The notes under the pieces: model-generated
Told to the model about the DNA's origin: nothing
Seen by the model: the letters and a program-made list of their open reading frames with translations, nothing else
Database searches by the model: none
Program-made: the position numbers and the translations under genes
Assembly (NCBI GenBank): GCA_044343935.1
Contig: JBIJDU010000001.1
Span: forward strand, 29,151-93,150
Reading direction: 5' to 3'
Length of the DNA: 64,000 bases
DNA from: Candidatus Nanopelagicales bacterium
GTDB taxonomy: Bacteria; Actinomycetota; Actinomycetes; S36-B12; UBA5976
Part shown: positions 38,825-48,596 of the stretch, in pieces
How positions within the stretch are numbered: position 1 is the stretch's first letter
Layout: each line of letters starts with the position of its first letter

Positions 38825-39655
38825 ATGAAGGAGTTGCCGCACCCAATTATTGGAGGCAGTTTTTCATCTCCAGTTATGCCAAGCACTAACTGGCCGATGG
38901 ATGTGGCATTAACGCAAACACCGATAGCAAAATCTTTAACGCAAGTTAAAAAAATTGCAAATACCGTTGAATCATTAACTGAGCTAACGGCTGCAATTTC
39001 AGTTTGCCGCGCCTGCCCCAGATTAGTTTCTTGGCGCACTGATGTTGCGATAACAAAGCGCAAATCATTTGAAGATCAACCTTATTGGGGAAGGCCAGCG
39101 ACCGGATTTGGTGCAGCTGACCCAGCGCTGTTGGTAGTTGGGTTAGCTCCTGCAGCAAATGGTGCTAATCGAACTGGCCGCATATTTACTGGTGATCGCA
39201 GCGGAGATTGGCTTTATCGAGCGATGCACAAAGCGGGATTTGCAAATCAGCCAACTAGCGAACATGCTGGCGATGGCTTGGAATTGATTAACGCACGAGT
39301 GTTAGCAGCAGTGCGCTGCGCACCACCAGGTAACAAGCCCACACCAACTGAGCGCGATATCTGCTCGCATTGGTTTGCGGCAGAATTAAAGTTCTTACCC
39401 AATGTCCAAGTGATTATTGCGCTTGGTGGCTTTGCCTGGGATCAAACAATTTCAATGTTAACTCAGCTTGGTTATCTTGGGCCAAAGGTAAAATTTGGTC
39501 ATGGTGCATCAATTGAATTCACTAATCCTGATGGATCAGTGCTTTTGCTCGGCAGTTATCACGTCAGCCAGCAAAATACATTTACTGGGCGACTGACTGA
39601 AGCAATGCTTGATGACATCTTTAATCAGGCTAAGGTGCGCATAAATAGCGGTTGA
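38825..39655 (+). CDS. uracil-DNA glycosylase superfamily, family 4/5 (UdgB-like)
   Basis: CRACPRL iron-sulfur motif, GLAPAANGANRTGRIFTGD (family-5-like motif A) and HVSQQN. The ATG abuts the ppx stop (TAGATG). The N-terminal ~45 aa are unverified. Confidence 0.8.
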   Translation: MKELPHPIIGGSFSSPVMPSTNWPMDVALTQTPIAKSLTQVKKIANTVESLTELTAAISVCRACPRLVSWRTDVAITKRKSFEDQPYWGRPATGFGAADPALLVVGLAPAANGANRTGRIFTGDRSGDWLYRAMHKAGFANQPTSEHAGDGLELINARVLAAVRCAPPGNKPTPTERDICSHWFAAELKFLPNVQVIIALGGFAWDQTISMLTQLGYLGPKVKFGHGASIEFTNPDGSVLLLGSYHVSQQNTFTGRLTEAMLDDIFNQAKVRINSG

Positions 39656-39722
39656 TTTTGCGCATTATTCCCACCATCTAACTGGCAGCTGCGCGACCTA
39701 TCTAGAGTATCCCCTTGGAATT

Positions 39723-39798
39723 GCCCTCGTAGCCCAATGGCAGAGGCAAGCGGCTTAAACCCGCTCCAGTATGGGTTCGAGTCCCATCGAGGGCACCA
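39723..39798 (+). tRNA. tRNA with anticodon UAA (Leu codons UUA/UUG) but class-I architecture (5-nt variable loop); CCA encoded
   Basis: Hand fold of GCCCTCG-TA-GCC-CAATGGCAGA-GGC-A-AGCGG-CTTAAAC-CCGCT-CCAGT-ATGGG-TTCGAGT-CCCAT-CGAGGGC-A-CCA. The acceptor, anticodon and T stems are all perfect. See the findings entry. Confidence 0.8.
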
Positions 39799-40434
39799 TT
39801 AGATGCAGCGAACGCCAGTTCCTTTAAGACCGCAATAACCATTTGGCACACGATCTAAATATTGCTGATGGTATTGCTCAGCAAAGTAAAACTCTGGCGC
39901 TGCCATGATTTCAGTGGTGATCTCACCCAAACCGGAATTGGCTAGCGAATTTTGATAGGTCAACTTTGATGCTTGTGCTAATTCCAACTGCTGTGCCGAC
40001 GTGGTGTAAATAGTTGAGCGATATTGCGTGCCAACATCATTTCCTTGGCGCATTCCACTAGTTGGATCATGTTCTTCCCAAAACTTTATTAGAAGATCTT
40101 GATAACTAATTCTAGTTGGATCAAATACCACTAAAACAGTTTCGGCATGTCCGGTTCGGCCGGTACAAACTTCTTCGTAGTTTGGGTAAGTGGTGAAGCC
40201 GCCTTGATAACCAGCTGCAGTGGTGTAGATACCAGGCAGCTGCCAAAACAATCGCTCCACGCCCCAAAAGCAACCCATACCAAAGTAAGCAACTTCAAAA
40301 CCTGCTGGATATGGTGCCTGCAACGCAGTGCCCAGCACTCGATGAGTTGCTGGTACGGGGTAGCTGTAATTGTTTCGACCGGGTAGCGCAGTTGCAGCTG
40401 ATGGCATGGTGACGGGGCGACTAAAAATACTCAT
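39799..40434 (-). CDS. msrA: peptide-methionine (S)-S-oxide reductase
   Basis: GMGCFWGVE catalytic motif. The stop codon directly abuts the tRNA CCA end. Confidence 0.95.
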   Translation of the reverse strand: MSIFSRPVTMPSAATALPGRNNYSYPVPATHRVLGTALQAPYPAGFEVAYFGMGCFWGVERLFWQLPGIYTTAAGYQGGFTTYPNYEEVCTGRTGHAETVLVVFDPTRISYQDLLIKFWEEHDPTSGMRQGNDVGTQYRSTIYTTSAQQLELAQASKLTYQNSLANSGLGEITTEIMAAPEFYFAEQYHQQYLDRVPNGYCGLKGTGVRCI

Positions 40435-40461
40435 TTGCGAACTGTGCTATGAAATAGGCAA

Positions 40462-41682
40462 TTACGCAACTGCGGATGGTTTGTATTTCTTTGGCATTAA
40501 CAAAGTCACAATCAAGGAAATTACTGTTGCTACCACGCCAATTGCAAACGTCGCAGTAAAGCCGTAGCCATCAATCATTAGTCCCGCAACAAGTGGACCG
40601 GTGATACCGCCGACGTCAGCTGCCATTTGAAATGCTGCCAGCAGCGGTCCACGGCGTCTTCCTTCCACCACATCGCCCACTATTGCGGCAGGCGTGGAGC
40701 TTAAAAATGCGCCAGCCAAGCCGCCAACGCTCATACTAACTAGATAGCCAACCGGTGATTGCCAACCCATTAGCAAAACCGCTGAGATCACGGCAGCCAC
40801 TGAACCAATTACCATTGCCTCGCGGCGGCCCCGAGTATCAGCATATTTACCCGCTGGCAACAGAATTGCAATTTGTGTCAATGATCCAACAAAAAAACCA
40901 TATGCCACCAAGCTAGCAGCGGCCATTAATTCTTCAGTGACATACAACGGCACTGCTGCTGCGCGCAAGCCAAATATGGTGAAACCGATTGTGAAAGAAA
41001 CAGTAAAGGCGGCGCGATAACCAGCATGACGAAAACCATCAACTAATCGCAAGTTAGACGATGAGGAATACTGAGATTCGTTTTCTTTTGGTTGGGCGGT
41101 GCGAGCGCCTGACAAAAACACCGCGGCAATTACTGCGGCAATTGAGACTGTGATGGAATACAAATAAAATGGCGCTTGAATTGATATTCCCAACACAGCT
41201 GCACCTAGTGCTGGGCCAAATAAGGTGCCAGCCAAAAAACCACCTTGATAAACGCTGGTTGCTCGAGCGCGTAAATCTCGTGGCGCTAATCGAACAACTA
41301 ATGACATTGCGGATACGGTAAACATGGCAGAGCCAAACCCACTTAAGCCGCGCAATATTAATAACTGAAAGAAATCATCGGACGCTCCGGCAAAGCCTGT
41401 TGTTACCGCAACAATTATCAAGCCAGAAGACAGCACGACACGTTCACCAATTTTTTCAATTAAGAAGCCACTAATTGGTGAAGAGATCAATCGAGTAAGT
41501 GCAAAAATCGATACTACCGTGCTAGCCGCAAATGCAGTGACGCCAAACGATCTGGCAAAAAGTGGAATAGCAGGAGCTAGTATGCCAAAACCAAGCGCAA
41601 CTGAGAATGCAATAGTGGCTAAAACCCAAATTGCTGGTGGCAGATCTTTTAGGCTACCTGAGGCTTTTACTTTACTGGACAA
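40462..41682 (-). CDS. MFS transporter (drug-efflux-like)
   Basis: 406 aa with about 12 TM segments and the MFS loop motif GFLIEKIGER. Confidence 0.85.
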   Translation of the reverse strand: MSSKVKASGSLKDLPPAIWVLATIAFSVALGFGILAPAIPLFARSFGVTAFAASTVVSIFALTRLISSPISGFLIEKIGERVVLSSGLIIVAVTTGFAGASDDFFQLLILRGLSGFGSAMFTVSAMSLVVRLAPRDLRARATSVYQGGFLAGTLFGPALGAAVLGISIQAPFYLYSITVSIAAVIAAVFLSGARTAQPKENESQYSSSSNLRLVDGFRHAGYRAAFTVSFTIGFTIFGLRAAAVPLYVTEELMAAASLVAYGFFVGSLTQIAILLPAGKYADTRGRREAMVIGSVAAVISAVLLMGWQSPVGYLVSMSVGGLAGAFLSSTPAAIVGDVVEGRRRGPLLAAFQMAADVGGITGPLVAGLMIDGYGFTATFAIGVVATVISLIVTLLMPKKYKPSAVA

Positions 41683-41722
41683 TTACGGCTTTCTATTTGT
41701 TGCCGTTATCTTACTCTTTTAG

Positions 41723-42211
41723 TTAAGTGTAAGGCCTGACATCGGTGATTGTGACTGAAATTACTTTGCCATTTGGTAATTGGTAATTAATCTTGCTTCC
41801 CACCTTGTGGTTTAGTACTGCCGCACCAAGTGGTGAGGTTGGTGAGAGCACTTCAATTGTGGCGTGTGCTGCTTCTTCGCGTGACCCCAACAAAAATGTT
41901 TCGCTGTCCCCATCAGCAAATTCAACGGTGATCACCTGTCCAATATGTGCAACACCTTCGCCAACATTTGGGGTGCCAATCTGAGCACGCTCGAGTAGAT
42001 GGCGGATTTGCCTAATCCGAGCTTCATTTTTTCCTTGTTCATCTTTCGCAGCGTGATAACCAGCATTTTCTTTGAGATCCCCTTCTTCGCGGGCTAACTC
42101 AATTCGCTTGGTTAGTTCGGCTCGGCCATCAGTTTCCCGCTCGATTAACTCAGCCTGCAGTCGATCATGCGCTTCTTGGGTCAGCCAATGAATCTCATTC
42201 ATAGGGCGCAA
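41723..42211 (-). CDS. greA: transcription elongation factor GreA
   Basis: AREEGDLKENAGYHAAKDEQ coiled-coil tip with the acidic residues. Confidence 0.95.
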   Translation of the reverse strand: MRPMNEIHWLTQEAHDRLQAELIERETDGRAELTKRIELAREEGDLKENAGYHAAKDEQGKNEARIRQIRHLLERAQIGTPNVGEGVAHIGQVITVEFADGDSETFLLGSREEAAHATIEVLSPTSPLGAAVLNHKVGSKINYQLPNGKVISVTITDVRPYT

Positions 42212-42213
42212 GG

Positions 42214-42714
42214 TTACAAGTTTGGCGGTTTTCGGCCAGGTGCAGGTTGCTCTGGCAGCTCAGTACCAGGTTCTATCTGAGGGAGCGGGACGCCAGTTAC
42301 TTCGGTACCTGTGCTGCAGCCCAGCACCTCAACTAATACCGCAAGCGATCTGGTGGCCAGGGGATAACTAAATGCACTCACCCGTTCATCGCTTGGGGCA
42401 ATCTCAACCCAGGCATAGCCCACATCGACTCGGCGATCATCTTGTGCTCGCAGCGCGCAAGTAACGCGTGTTCCTGGATCGCGATTCACTTCAAACCTGG
42501 TGACCACAATTGATGCGCTAGGAATTTCAAACCCAGTTAATTTTCCAGCTGCTGGTAGATCGACATATTTACTGAAGCCCAATCCAACAAATGCTGCTAC
42601 CGTAACAATTGCCAACGCACCAACTAGCCATAGTCCGAGATTGGAACCAGGCTTGGGGTAACGGGCTTTCACCTTTGGTGGTAATTGCTCCCATTGAGCT
42701 TTCGATAATGGCAT
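42214..42714 (-). CDS. DUF4307-family membrane-anchored protein
   Basis: Single TM segment followed by a beta domain. Conserved position between greA and mca (Rv1081c equivalent, from memory). Confidence 0.65.
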   Translation of the reverse strand: MPLSKAQWEQLPPKVKARYPKPGSNLGLWLVGALAIVTVAAFVGLGFSKYVDLPAAGKLTGFEIPSASIVVTRFEVNRDPGTRVTCALRAQDDRRVDVGYAWVEIAPSDERVSAFSYPLATRSLAVLVEVLGCSTGTEVTGVPLPQIEPGTELPEQPAPGRKPPNL

Positions 42715-42761
42715 CGGTGTCCTTGCTTAATTGAGCCAAGGCTACTGCCAAACTATGTGCC

Positions 42762-43613
42762 GTGACCCAACCATTGCGCTTGTTAGCCGTCCATGCTCAT
42801 CCAGATGATGAATCCAGTAAAGGTGCTGGCACTGTTGCCCGATATGTAGCAGAAGGTGTTTCGGTTCTAATTGTTACCGCAACCGGTGGCGAGCGTGGCG
42901 ATATTTTGAATCAGAATTTTGTGATGCCCGAAAATGTTGAGCTGGCACAGATCCGCAAAGCCGAAATGGCAGCAGCTCTGCAGGTATTGGGTTGCGATCA
43001 TGTTTGGTTAGGTTTTATAGATAGCGGATATCCAGAAGGAGACCCCAAGCCACCGGTGCCAGCAGATAGCTTTGCGGCACAAGATCTCGAAACAGCAAGT
43101 GCTAAGTTAATTGAAATATTTCGAGAGTTTCGGCCGCATGTCGTGCTCACTTACGATGAGAATGGTGGTTATCCGCATCCAGACCACATTCGCACCCACG
43201 AGATAACAATGTTTGCTTATCAGAAAGCAGCAGACCCAAGTTATGCAAGTTCACTGCCAACTTGGCAAGTACCAAAAATTTATTATCACCAAAACTTTAG
43301 TTATGAACGCGTGCTAACCATGCACGAAGCAATATTGGCAGCCAACATGGAAAGTCCATTTTCAGAATGGTTGAAAGATTGGGAGCGCGGCCCCAATCGA
43401 GTTACTACTAAAGTGAATTGCGCTGATTATTTTGACAAGCGCGATCTGGCACTTAAAGCGCATGCAACCCAGATCGATCCAGATGGACTTTGGTTTGCCT
43501 TTCCGCGCGATGTGGAGCGGAAAATTTGGCCCACTGAGGACTATGAATTAGCAGTAGATAACGTAGGAGTAGCGTTACCCGAAGATGATTTATTCACTGG
43601 ACTGCGAGGCTGA
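42762..43613 (+). CDS. mca: mycothiol S-conjugate amidase (LmbE/PIG-L family; an MshB paralog is not excluded)
   Basis: LLAVHAHPDDES zinc motif and HPDH. The position next to greA/DUF4307 is that of mca in mycobacteria. Confidence 0.8.
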   Translation: MTQPLRLLAVHAHPDDESSKGAGTVARYVAEGVSVLIVTATGGERGDILNQNFVMPENVELAQIRKAEMAAALQVLGCDHVWLGFIDSGYPEGDPKPPVPADSFAAQDLETASAKLIEIFREFRPHVVLTYDENGGYPHPDHIRTHEITMFAYQKAADPSYASSLPTWQVPKIYYHQNFSYERVLTMHEAILAANMESPFSEWLKDWERGPNRVTTKVNCADYFDKRDLALKAHATQIDPDGLWFAFPRDVERKIWPTEDYELAVDNVGVALPEDDLFTGLRG

Positions 43614-43615
43614 AC

Positions 43616-43768
43616 ATGGATGTATTGACTGAAGCTGATATGGCCGCAACCCCGGGCGTTTACTGGGGAATATTTGTGACCGGTCTGGCAATTGGATTTA
43701 TTATTCTTGGTAGATCATTAATGAAGCGCCTTAAAAAACTAAACGACCGTGATCAAAGCGCTGAATAA
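43616..43768 (+). CDS. 50-aa single-TM small protein (absent from the ORF track)
   Basis: Hand translation gives MDVLTEADMAATPGVYWGIFVTGLAIGFIILGRSLMKRLKKLNDRDQSAE. The ATG lies 2 nt after the mca stop, and the TAA abuts the uppS ATG. Confidence 0.45.
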   Translation: MDVLTEADMAATPGVYWGIFVTGLAIGFIILGRSLMKRLKKLNDRDQSAE

Positions 43769-44533
43769 ATGCTGTTAAAGAATTTACTGTATAAAGTATA
43801 TGAAGCTCAGTTAGTTTCTGAACTTAAAGGTAAACAGTTGCCACAACATGTTGGCGTGATTTTGGATGGAAATCGCCGCTGGGCAACCGGTAAAGGCACT
43901 AATTCAAAATCTGGTCATGCTGCTGGTGCTAAAAAGATACTTGAGTTTCTATATTGGTGTGATGAGTTAGATATTCCAGTGCGTACGCTGTGGTTGCTCT
44001 CAACTGAGAATTTACAGCGAGATGAAGCTGAATTAAACAATTTACTGGAAGTAATTGATGGCTCAGTTGCCCAATTAGCGCAAGCACAGCGGTGGCGAAT
44101 AAATCTTGTTGGCGCAAAGGCTGCAATCCCAGCACCTTTGCTAGCCAGTGTAGAAAGTGCAGTTAGCGCAACAGCGTCACTAACTGATAAGCCAATAGTG
44201 AATGTGGCAATTGCTTATGGTGGTCGGCGTGAAGTAGTAGACGCAGTTAAATCATGGATTGAAATTGAATCTGCCAAAGGTCACTCAATGGCAGAACTAG
44301 TGGCATCCCTAACGGATGACCAAATTTCAGCTCATCTTTATACCAAAGGACAGCCAGATCCAGATTTAGTTATCCGCACCTCAGGTGAGCAGCGATTATC
44401 GGGTTTTCTACTTTGGCAGTCCGCCCACAGCGAGTTCTATTTCTGTGAAGCCTACTGGCCGGCATTTCGTCGAATTGATTTCTTGCGTGCCCTGCGTGCG
44501 TTTACGCAGCGACAACGTCGCTACGGTTTGTGA
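43769..44533 (+). CDS. uppS: cis-prenyltransferase (UppS family; positionally like Rv1086 Z-FPP synthase)
   Basis: HVGVILDGNRRWA and IRTSGEQRLSGFLLWQ motifs. Confidence 0.88.
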   Translation: MLLKNLLYKVYEAQLVSELKGKQLPQHVGVILDGNRRWATGKGTNSKSGHAAGAKKILEFLYWCDELDIPVRTLWLLSTENLQRDEAELNNLLEVIDGSVAQLAQAQRWRINLVGAKAAIPAPLLASVESAVSATASLTDKPIVNVAIAYGGRREVVDAVKSWIEIESAKGHSMAELVASLTDDQISAHLYTKGQPDPDLVIRTSGEQRLSGFLLWQSAHSEFYFCEAYWPAFRRIDFLRALRAFTQRQRRYGL

Positions 44534-44618
44534 ACACTTGATATCGCTTGGGCGTGTCTCAACTAGTGGTTGAGGTTTGTGTGGAAATCTCCGGCTAATA
44601 ACTAACCCGGGAGGCTGC

Positions 44619-46016
44619 GTGCCCGCTGCCCGTAAGTCATCAACTGCGCGAGTGGCTCGTGCCGCCAAATCAACATCGACGAGTTTAAAAGTAGCTGATC
44701 GAAAAACGGGCAATATCGCCGAGCTTAAACGAACTTATATTTTAGATACCAGTGTGCTGCTTTCAGATCCACGTGCGCTGCTTCGATTTGCTGAACATGA
44801 TGTCGTGCTACCAGTTGTTGTAATAACTGAATTAGAAGCAAAACGATCACATCCAGAGTTGGGCTATTTTGCCCGTCAGGCACTTCGACTGTTAGATGAT
44901 TTACGAATTGAGCATGGTCGATTAGATCAAGCAATCCCAATTGGCACCAGCGGCGGCACCTTGCGCGTTGAGTTAAATCATGCCAGCGGGGATTCGCTTC
45001 CGGCGGGATTGCGACTGGGCGATAACGACACTCGAATCCTTTCAGTTGCGGCCTCACTTGCTAGTGAAGGCGGTGAAGTTGTAATAGTTTCTAAAGATCT
45101 ACCAATGCGAGTTAAAGCATCTTCAGTTGGGTTAACTGCCGAGGAATATAAAGCCGAATTTGTGGTTACCACAGGTTGGAACGGCGTGGTTGAGTTAAAT
45201 GTTGGTTCAAAAATCTTAGATGAGTTATACAAATCTGGTTCAGCCATGATTGCTGATGCCCAACAACTCCCAACTCACACTGGCTTGGTGCTTAATAGCG
45301 AGAAAAATTCCGCCCTTGGTCGAGTGCTGCCAAATGGTTCGGTGCAATTGATTCGAGGCGATGTGGAAGTGTTTGGGATTCGGGGCAGAAGCGCGGAACA
45401 ACGTATCGCACTGGATTTATTGCTTGATGACGAAGTTGGCATTGTTTCGCTTGGTGGCCGCGCCGGCACTGGCAAGAGTGCATTGGCACTTTGTGCGGGT
45501 TTGGAGCAAACCTTGGAACGAGGCAAGCATCGCTCCATCATGGTGTTCCGGCCGTTATATGCCGTAGGTGGGCAAGAGCTGGGTTATTTGCCAGGCACAG
45601 AAGGCGAGAAAATGTCGCCGTGGGCTCAAGCAGTGTTTGACACGTTAGGTGCGGTTACTTCTCGGGAAGTAATTGATGAAGTGATGGCACGTGGGATGCT
45701 TGAAGTTTTGCCACTAACTCATATTCGCGGTAGATCACTGCATGATGCTTTTGTCATTGTTGATGAAGCGCAATCATTAGAGCGAAATGTGCTGCTTACT
45801 GTGCTCTCTCGCATTGGCCGTGGCTCAAAAGTGGTGCTCACCCATGATGTCGCGCAGCGAGACAATTTACGAGTTGGTCGGTATGACGGCATCGCTGCGG
45901 TGATCGAGAAACTCAAGGGCCACTCGCTGTTTGCCCATGTCACATTAACCAGATCTGAGCGCTCACCTATTGCGGCGATGGTCACCGAATTGCTGGAGGA
46001 GATCCCTGGGTTGTGA
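44619..46016 (+). CDS. phoH2: PhoH2: PIN-domain RNase fused to a PhoH ATPase
   Basis: PIN domain ([14 protein letters not shown]) plus PhoH with Walker A GRAGTGKS and VIVDEAQ. The start was moved to the in-frame GTG 44619, which lies 5 nt after GGGAGG; the track's TTG start is at 44577. Confidence 0.85.
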   Translation: MPAARKSSTARVARAAKSTSTSLKVADRKTGNIAELKRTYILDTSVLLSDPRALLRFAEHDVVLPVVVITELEAKRSHPELGYFARQALRLLDDLRIEHGRLDQAIPIGTSGGTLRVELNHASGDSLPAGLRLGDNDTRILSVAASLASEGGEVVIVSKDLPMRVKASSVGLTAEEYKAEFVVTTGWNGVVELNVGSKILDELYKSGSAMIADAQQLPTHTGLVLNSEKNSALGRVLPNGSVQLIRGDVEVFGIRGRSAEQRIALDLLLDDEVGIVSLGGRAGTGKSALALCAGLEQTLERGKHRSIMVFRPLYAVGGQELGYLPGTEGEKMSPWAQAVFDTLGAVTSREVIDEVMARGMLEVLPLTHIRGRSLHDAFVIVDEAQSLERNVLLTVLSRIGRGSKVVLTHDVAQRDNLRVGRYDGIAAVIEKLKGHSLFAHVTLTRSERSPIAAMVTELLEEIPGL

Positions 46017-46135
46017 CTCAGGTCACAGCATTCTGGTCTAAATGTCCGTTTTGAGATGTTTATTTGCACAAAATTTCCAACTCGCGTGAGTGGATATCTC
46101 CCACCTTGGCCGATGTTTTAGGGCACCCTGTTCTC

Positions 46136-46684
46136 ATGACTCGCGCCGTTAAGCCTTGGGCCCTGCCGCTAACTGCCATGGCAGTTGTCTTTGCGGTGCT
46201 GCCAGCAGCAGCGGCCAGCACTGAACCAACCTGCACACCGGGCACCGAGGGCTGTCCCGTGGTCAGCATTCAAGATCAATCGGTCGAAGCGGTACCTACA
46301 ACACCGGAAACAACAGCTGAAATTGAGCCGCGCGTGCGGCAGACCGCACGAGAGCGCTCGCCCCATCATTTTGCGTCTAAGTCTTACAACCGCTGGTTCG
46401 CCGAGCTTTACATCAAGCGGGTCTATGGCTGGAATAAATACAACTGGAAGTGCTTGGACAAACTATGGCAACTGGAGAGCGGCTGGAATGAGTTAGCCAA
46501 GAACCGTCGCTCTGGCGCGTATGGCATCCCACAGGCTCTGCCGGGCAAGAAGATGGCAGTGATGGGTAAGAATTGGAGATCTAATCCGGAAGTGCAGATT
46601 AAATGGGGCGCTTCTTACATTAAGAGTCGATACAAGTCACCGTGCAAAGCGTTAGCGTTCATGGAACGCCGCGGTTGGTACTAA
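46136..46684 (+). CDS. secreted lysozyme-like/transglycosylase-domain protein
   Basis: Signal peptide [28 protein letters not shown], taking the start at ATG 46136. C-terminal [24 protein letters not shown] resembles the E-S-G-(W/G)-N...SGAxG(I/L)xQ muramidase-like motif. Confidence 0.65.
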   Translation: MTRAVKPWALPLTAMAVVFAVLPAAAASTEPTCTPGTEGCPVVSIQDQSVEAVPTTPETTAEIEPRVRQTARERSPHHFASKSYNRWFAELYIKRVYGWNKYNWKCLDKLWQLESGWNELAKNRRSGAYGIPQALPGKKMAVMGKNWRSNPEVQIKWGASYIKSRYKSPCKALAFMERRGWY

Positions 46685-48336
46685 CTCTTAACTGGAATTG
46701 TTAGCGCAATTGGTCGCAGCGTATCGGCATAAAAATCATTTCCCTTATCGTCAATCACGATAAATGCTGGGAAGTTCTTTACTTCAATTTTCCAGACTGC
46801 TTCCATCCCTAACTCTGGAAAATCTAGTACTTCAACATTTGTAATGTTGTCATGCGCTAACCGCGCTGCTGGGCCACCAATTGATCCGAGATAGAACCCA
46901 CCGTATTTTTTGCAGGCATTGGTTACTTCAGCACTGCGATTACCTTTGGCTAGCATCACCATCGAGCCACCCGCAGCTTGGAACCGCTCTACGTAAGTGT
47001 CCATTCTTCCTGCAGTCGTTGGGCCAAAGGAACCACTTGGCATACCAGCAGGTGTTTTTGCCGGACCAGCGTAATAAACCGCATAATCTTTAAAGTACTG
47101 CGGCAGCTCTTCGCCCCGATCTAGCATCTCAGCAACTTTGGCATGCGCTAAATCTCTTGCCACAATTAAGGTGCCAGTGAGGCTAAGTCGAGTTTTAACT
47201 GGATGCTGACTTAACTGATATCTAACTTCTTGCATTGGCCTTGATAAATCAATTTCAACAACACCAGAGTCATCACTTTGGGTTACCTCTGGCAAATACT
47301 TTGCTGGATCAGTTTCTAGCTGTTCTAAGAAAATACCTTCTTTAGTTATCTTGCCCAAAATTTGTCGATCTGCGGAACAAGAAACTGCAATTGCAACTGG
47401 GCAAGAAGCACCATGGCGCGGCAATCGAATTACTCGCACATCGTGGCAGAAATACTTGCCACCAAATTGAGCGCCAATACCAAAGCTCTGCGTTAACTTC
47501 AGCACTTCTTGCTCTAATTCCAGATCTCTAAATGCATGTCCTAACTCGCTGCCTTCAGTTGGCAGCGTATCTAGATATCTAGCTGAGGCTAGCTTTGCTG
47601 TTTTTAAGGTGTATTCCGCCGAGGTGCCGCCGATAACAATGGCTAAGTGATACGGCGGACAAGCTGAAGTTCCAATTGCCCGTAGTTTTTCATCTAACCA
47701 ACTCATTAACTTGGTTGGATTCAATAATGCTTTAGTTTCTTGGTAAAGCAAAGATTTATTTGCCGAGCCGCCACCTTTGGCAATAAACAAAAATTGATAT
47801 TCAGCCGCTTCAGCCGGATCAGTGTTGGCACCAATCTCAATTTGTGCTGGCATGTTGGTACCAGTATTTTTTTCATTAAACACGGTAAGCGGAGCAAGTT
47901 GGGAATAGCGAAGATTTAATTTCTGATAGGCCTCATACATACCTTTGCTAATGGCAACTTCATCATCACCTGGAGTTAAGACATGCATACCGCGCTCTGC
48001 CTTAACGATGGCAGTTCCAGTGTCCTGACACATCGGCAGCACCCCGCCAGCAGAAATGTTGGCATTCTTAAGCAAATCAAGTGCAACGAAGCGGTCATTT
48101 GGGCTAGCTTCGGGATCATCAATAATTTTCCGAAGTTGGGCTAAGTGAGAAGAGCGAAGCAGATGCTGCGAATCTTTAATTGCCTCAAAACTTAAGCGCT
48201 CAATTGCTCCAGGTGTAACTTGTAAAAATTCGCGGCCATCGACAGTTATCGTGCTGACTCCCTCTGTTGAGATTAGGCGATACTCAGTTGTGTCATCACC
48301 TAGCGGCAACAGTGGGGTGTAGTTGAAGTCAGTCAT
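46681..48336 (-). CDS. fumA: class I (Fe-S) fumarate hydratase
   Basis: Aligns end to end with E. coli FumA as I remember it ([25 protein letters not shown]). The start is taken at MTDFNY (48336), whose ATG overlaps the xseB stop in ATGACTGA. The longest ORF starts at 48348. Confidence 0.93.
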   Translation of the reverse strand: MTDFNYTPLLPLGDDTTEYRLISTEGVSTITVDGREFLQVTPGAIERLSFEAIKDSQHLLRSSHLAQLRKIIDDPEASPNDRFVALDLLKNANISAGGVLPMCQDTGTAIVKAERGMHVLTPGDDEVAISKGMYEAYQKLNLRYSQLAPLTVFNEKNTGTNMPAQIEIGANTDPAEAAEYQFLFIAKGGGSANKSLLYQETKALLNPTKLMSWLDEKLRAIGTSACPPYHLAIVIGGTSAEYTLKTAKLASARYLDTLPTEGSELGHAFRDLELEQEVLKLTQSFGIGAQFGGKYFCHDVRVIRLPRHGASCPVAIAVSCSADRQILGKITKEGIFLEQLETDPAKYLPEVTQSDDSGVVEIDLSRPMQEVRYQLSQHPVKTRLSLTGTLIVARDLAHAKVAEMLDRGEELPQYFKDYAVYYAGPAKTPAGMPSGSFGPTTAGRMDTYVERFQAAGGSMVMLAKGNRSAEVTNACKKYGGFYLGSIGGPAARLAHDNITNVEVLDFPELGMEAVWKIEVKNFPAFIVIDDKGNDFYADTLRPIALTIPVKS

Positions 48337-48565
48337 CTTCATCCTCATCTTCAGTATCTAGCGCAGCTAGCTTTGCTTGGGCGTTCGCTAAAAATTCATC
48401 ACAAATTCGCGCTAGCAATTCACCGCGCTCCCAGATTGCAATTGAATGTTCTAGTTCTAATTCGCCAGATTCCATTAATTCAACAACTTCAGTCAATGCG
48501 GCTCGGGCAGCCTCGTAGCCCAACTTGGTGGGGTCGCTGCCACCTGGCAACTTGATCTCGCTCAT
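48329..48565 (-). CDS. xseB: exodeoxyribonuclease VII small subunit
   Basis: [41 protein letters not shown] is a typical XseB helical hairpin. Acidic tail. Confidence 0.9.
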   Translation of the reverse strand: MSEIKLPGGSDPTKLGYEAARAALTEVVELMESGELELEHSIAIWERGELLARICDEFLANAQAKLAALDTEDEDEDD

Positions 48566-48596
48566 ACCCGCACTTTACGCGCCTTAGGCTAGGCGG

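Noticed and set aside
46017-46135. Riboswitch or ncRNA in the 119-nt leader of the lysozyme-like gene.
   Set aside because: Only a small imperfect hairpin (GTGGA-TATC-TCCCAC) is present. It resembles no motif I know.
46681-48348. Class I fumarase as a non-orthologous replacement of the class II fumarase found at this position in M. tuberculosis.
   Set aside because: Some actinobacteria (Streptomyces, as I recall) carry a class I enzyme in the same neighbourhood, so this is probably ancestral variation rather than a novelty.
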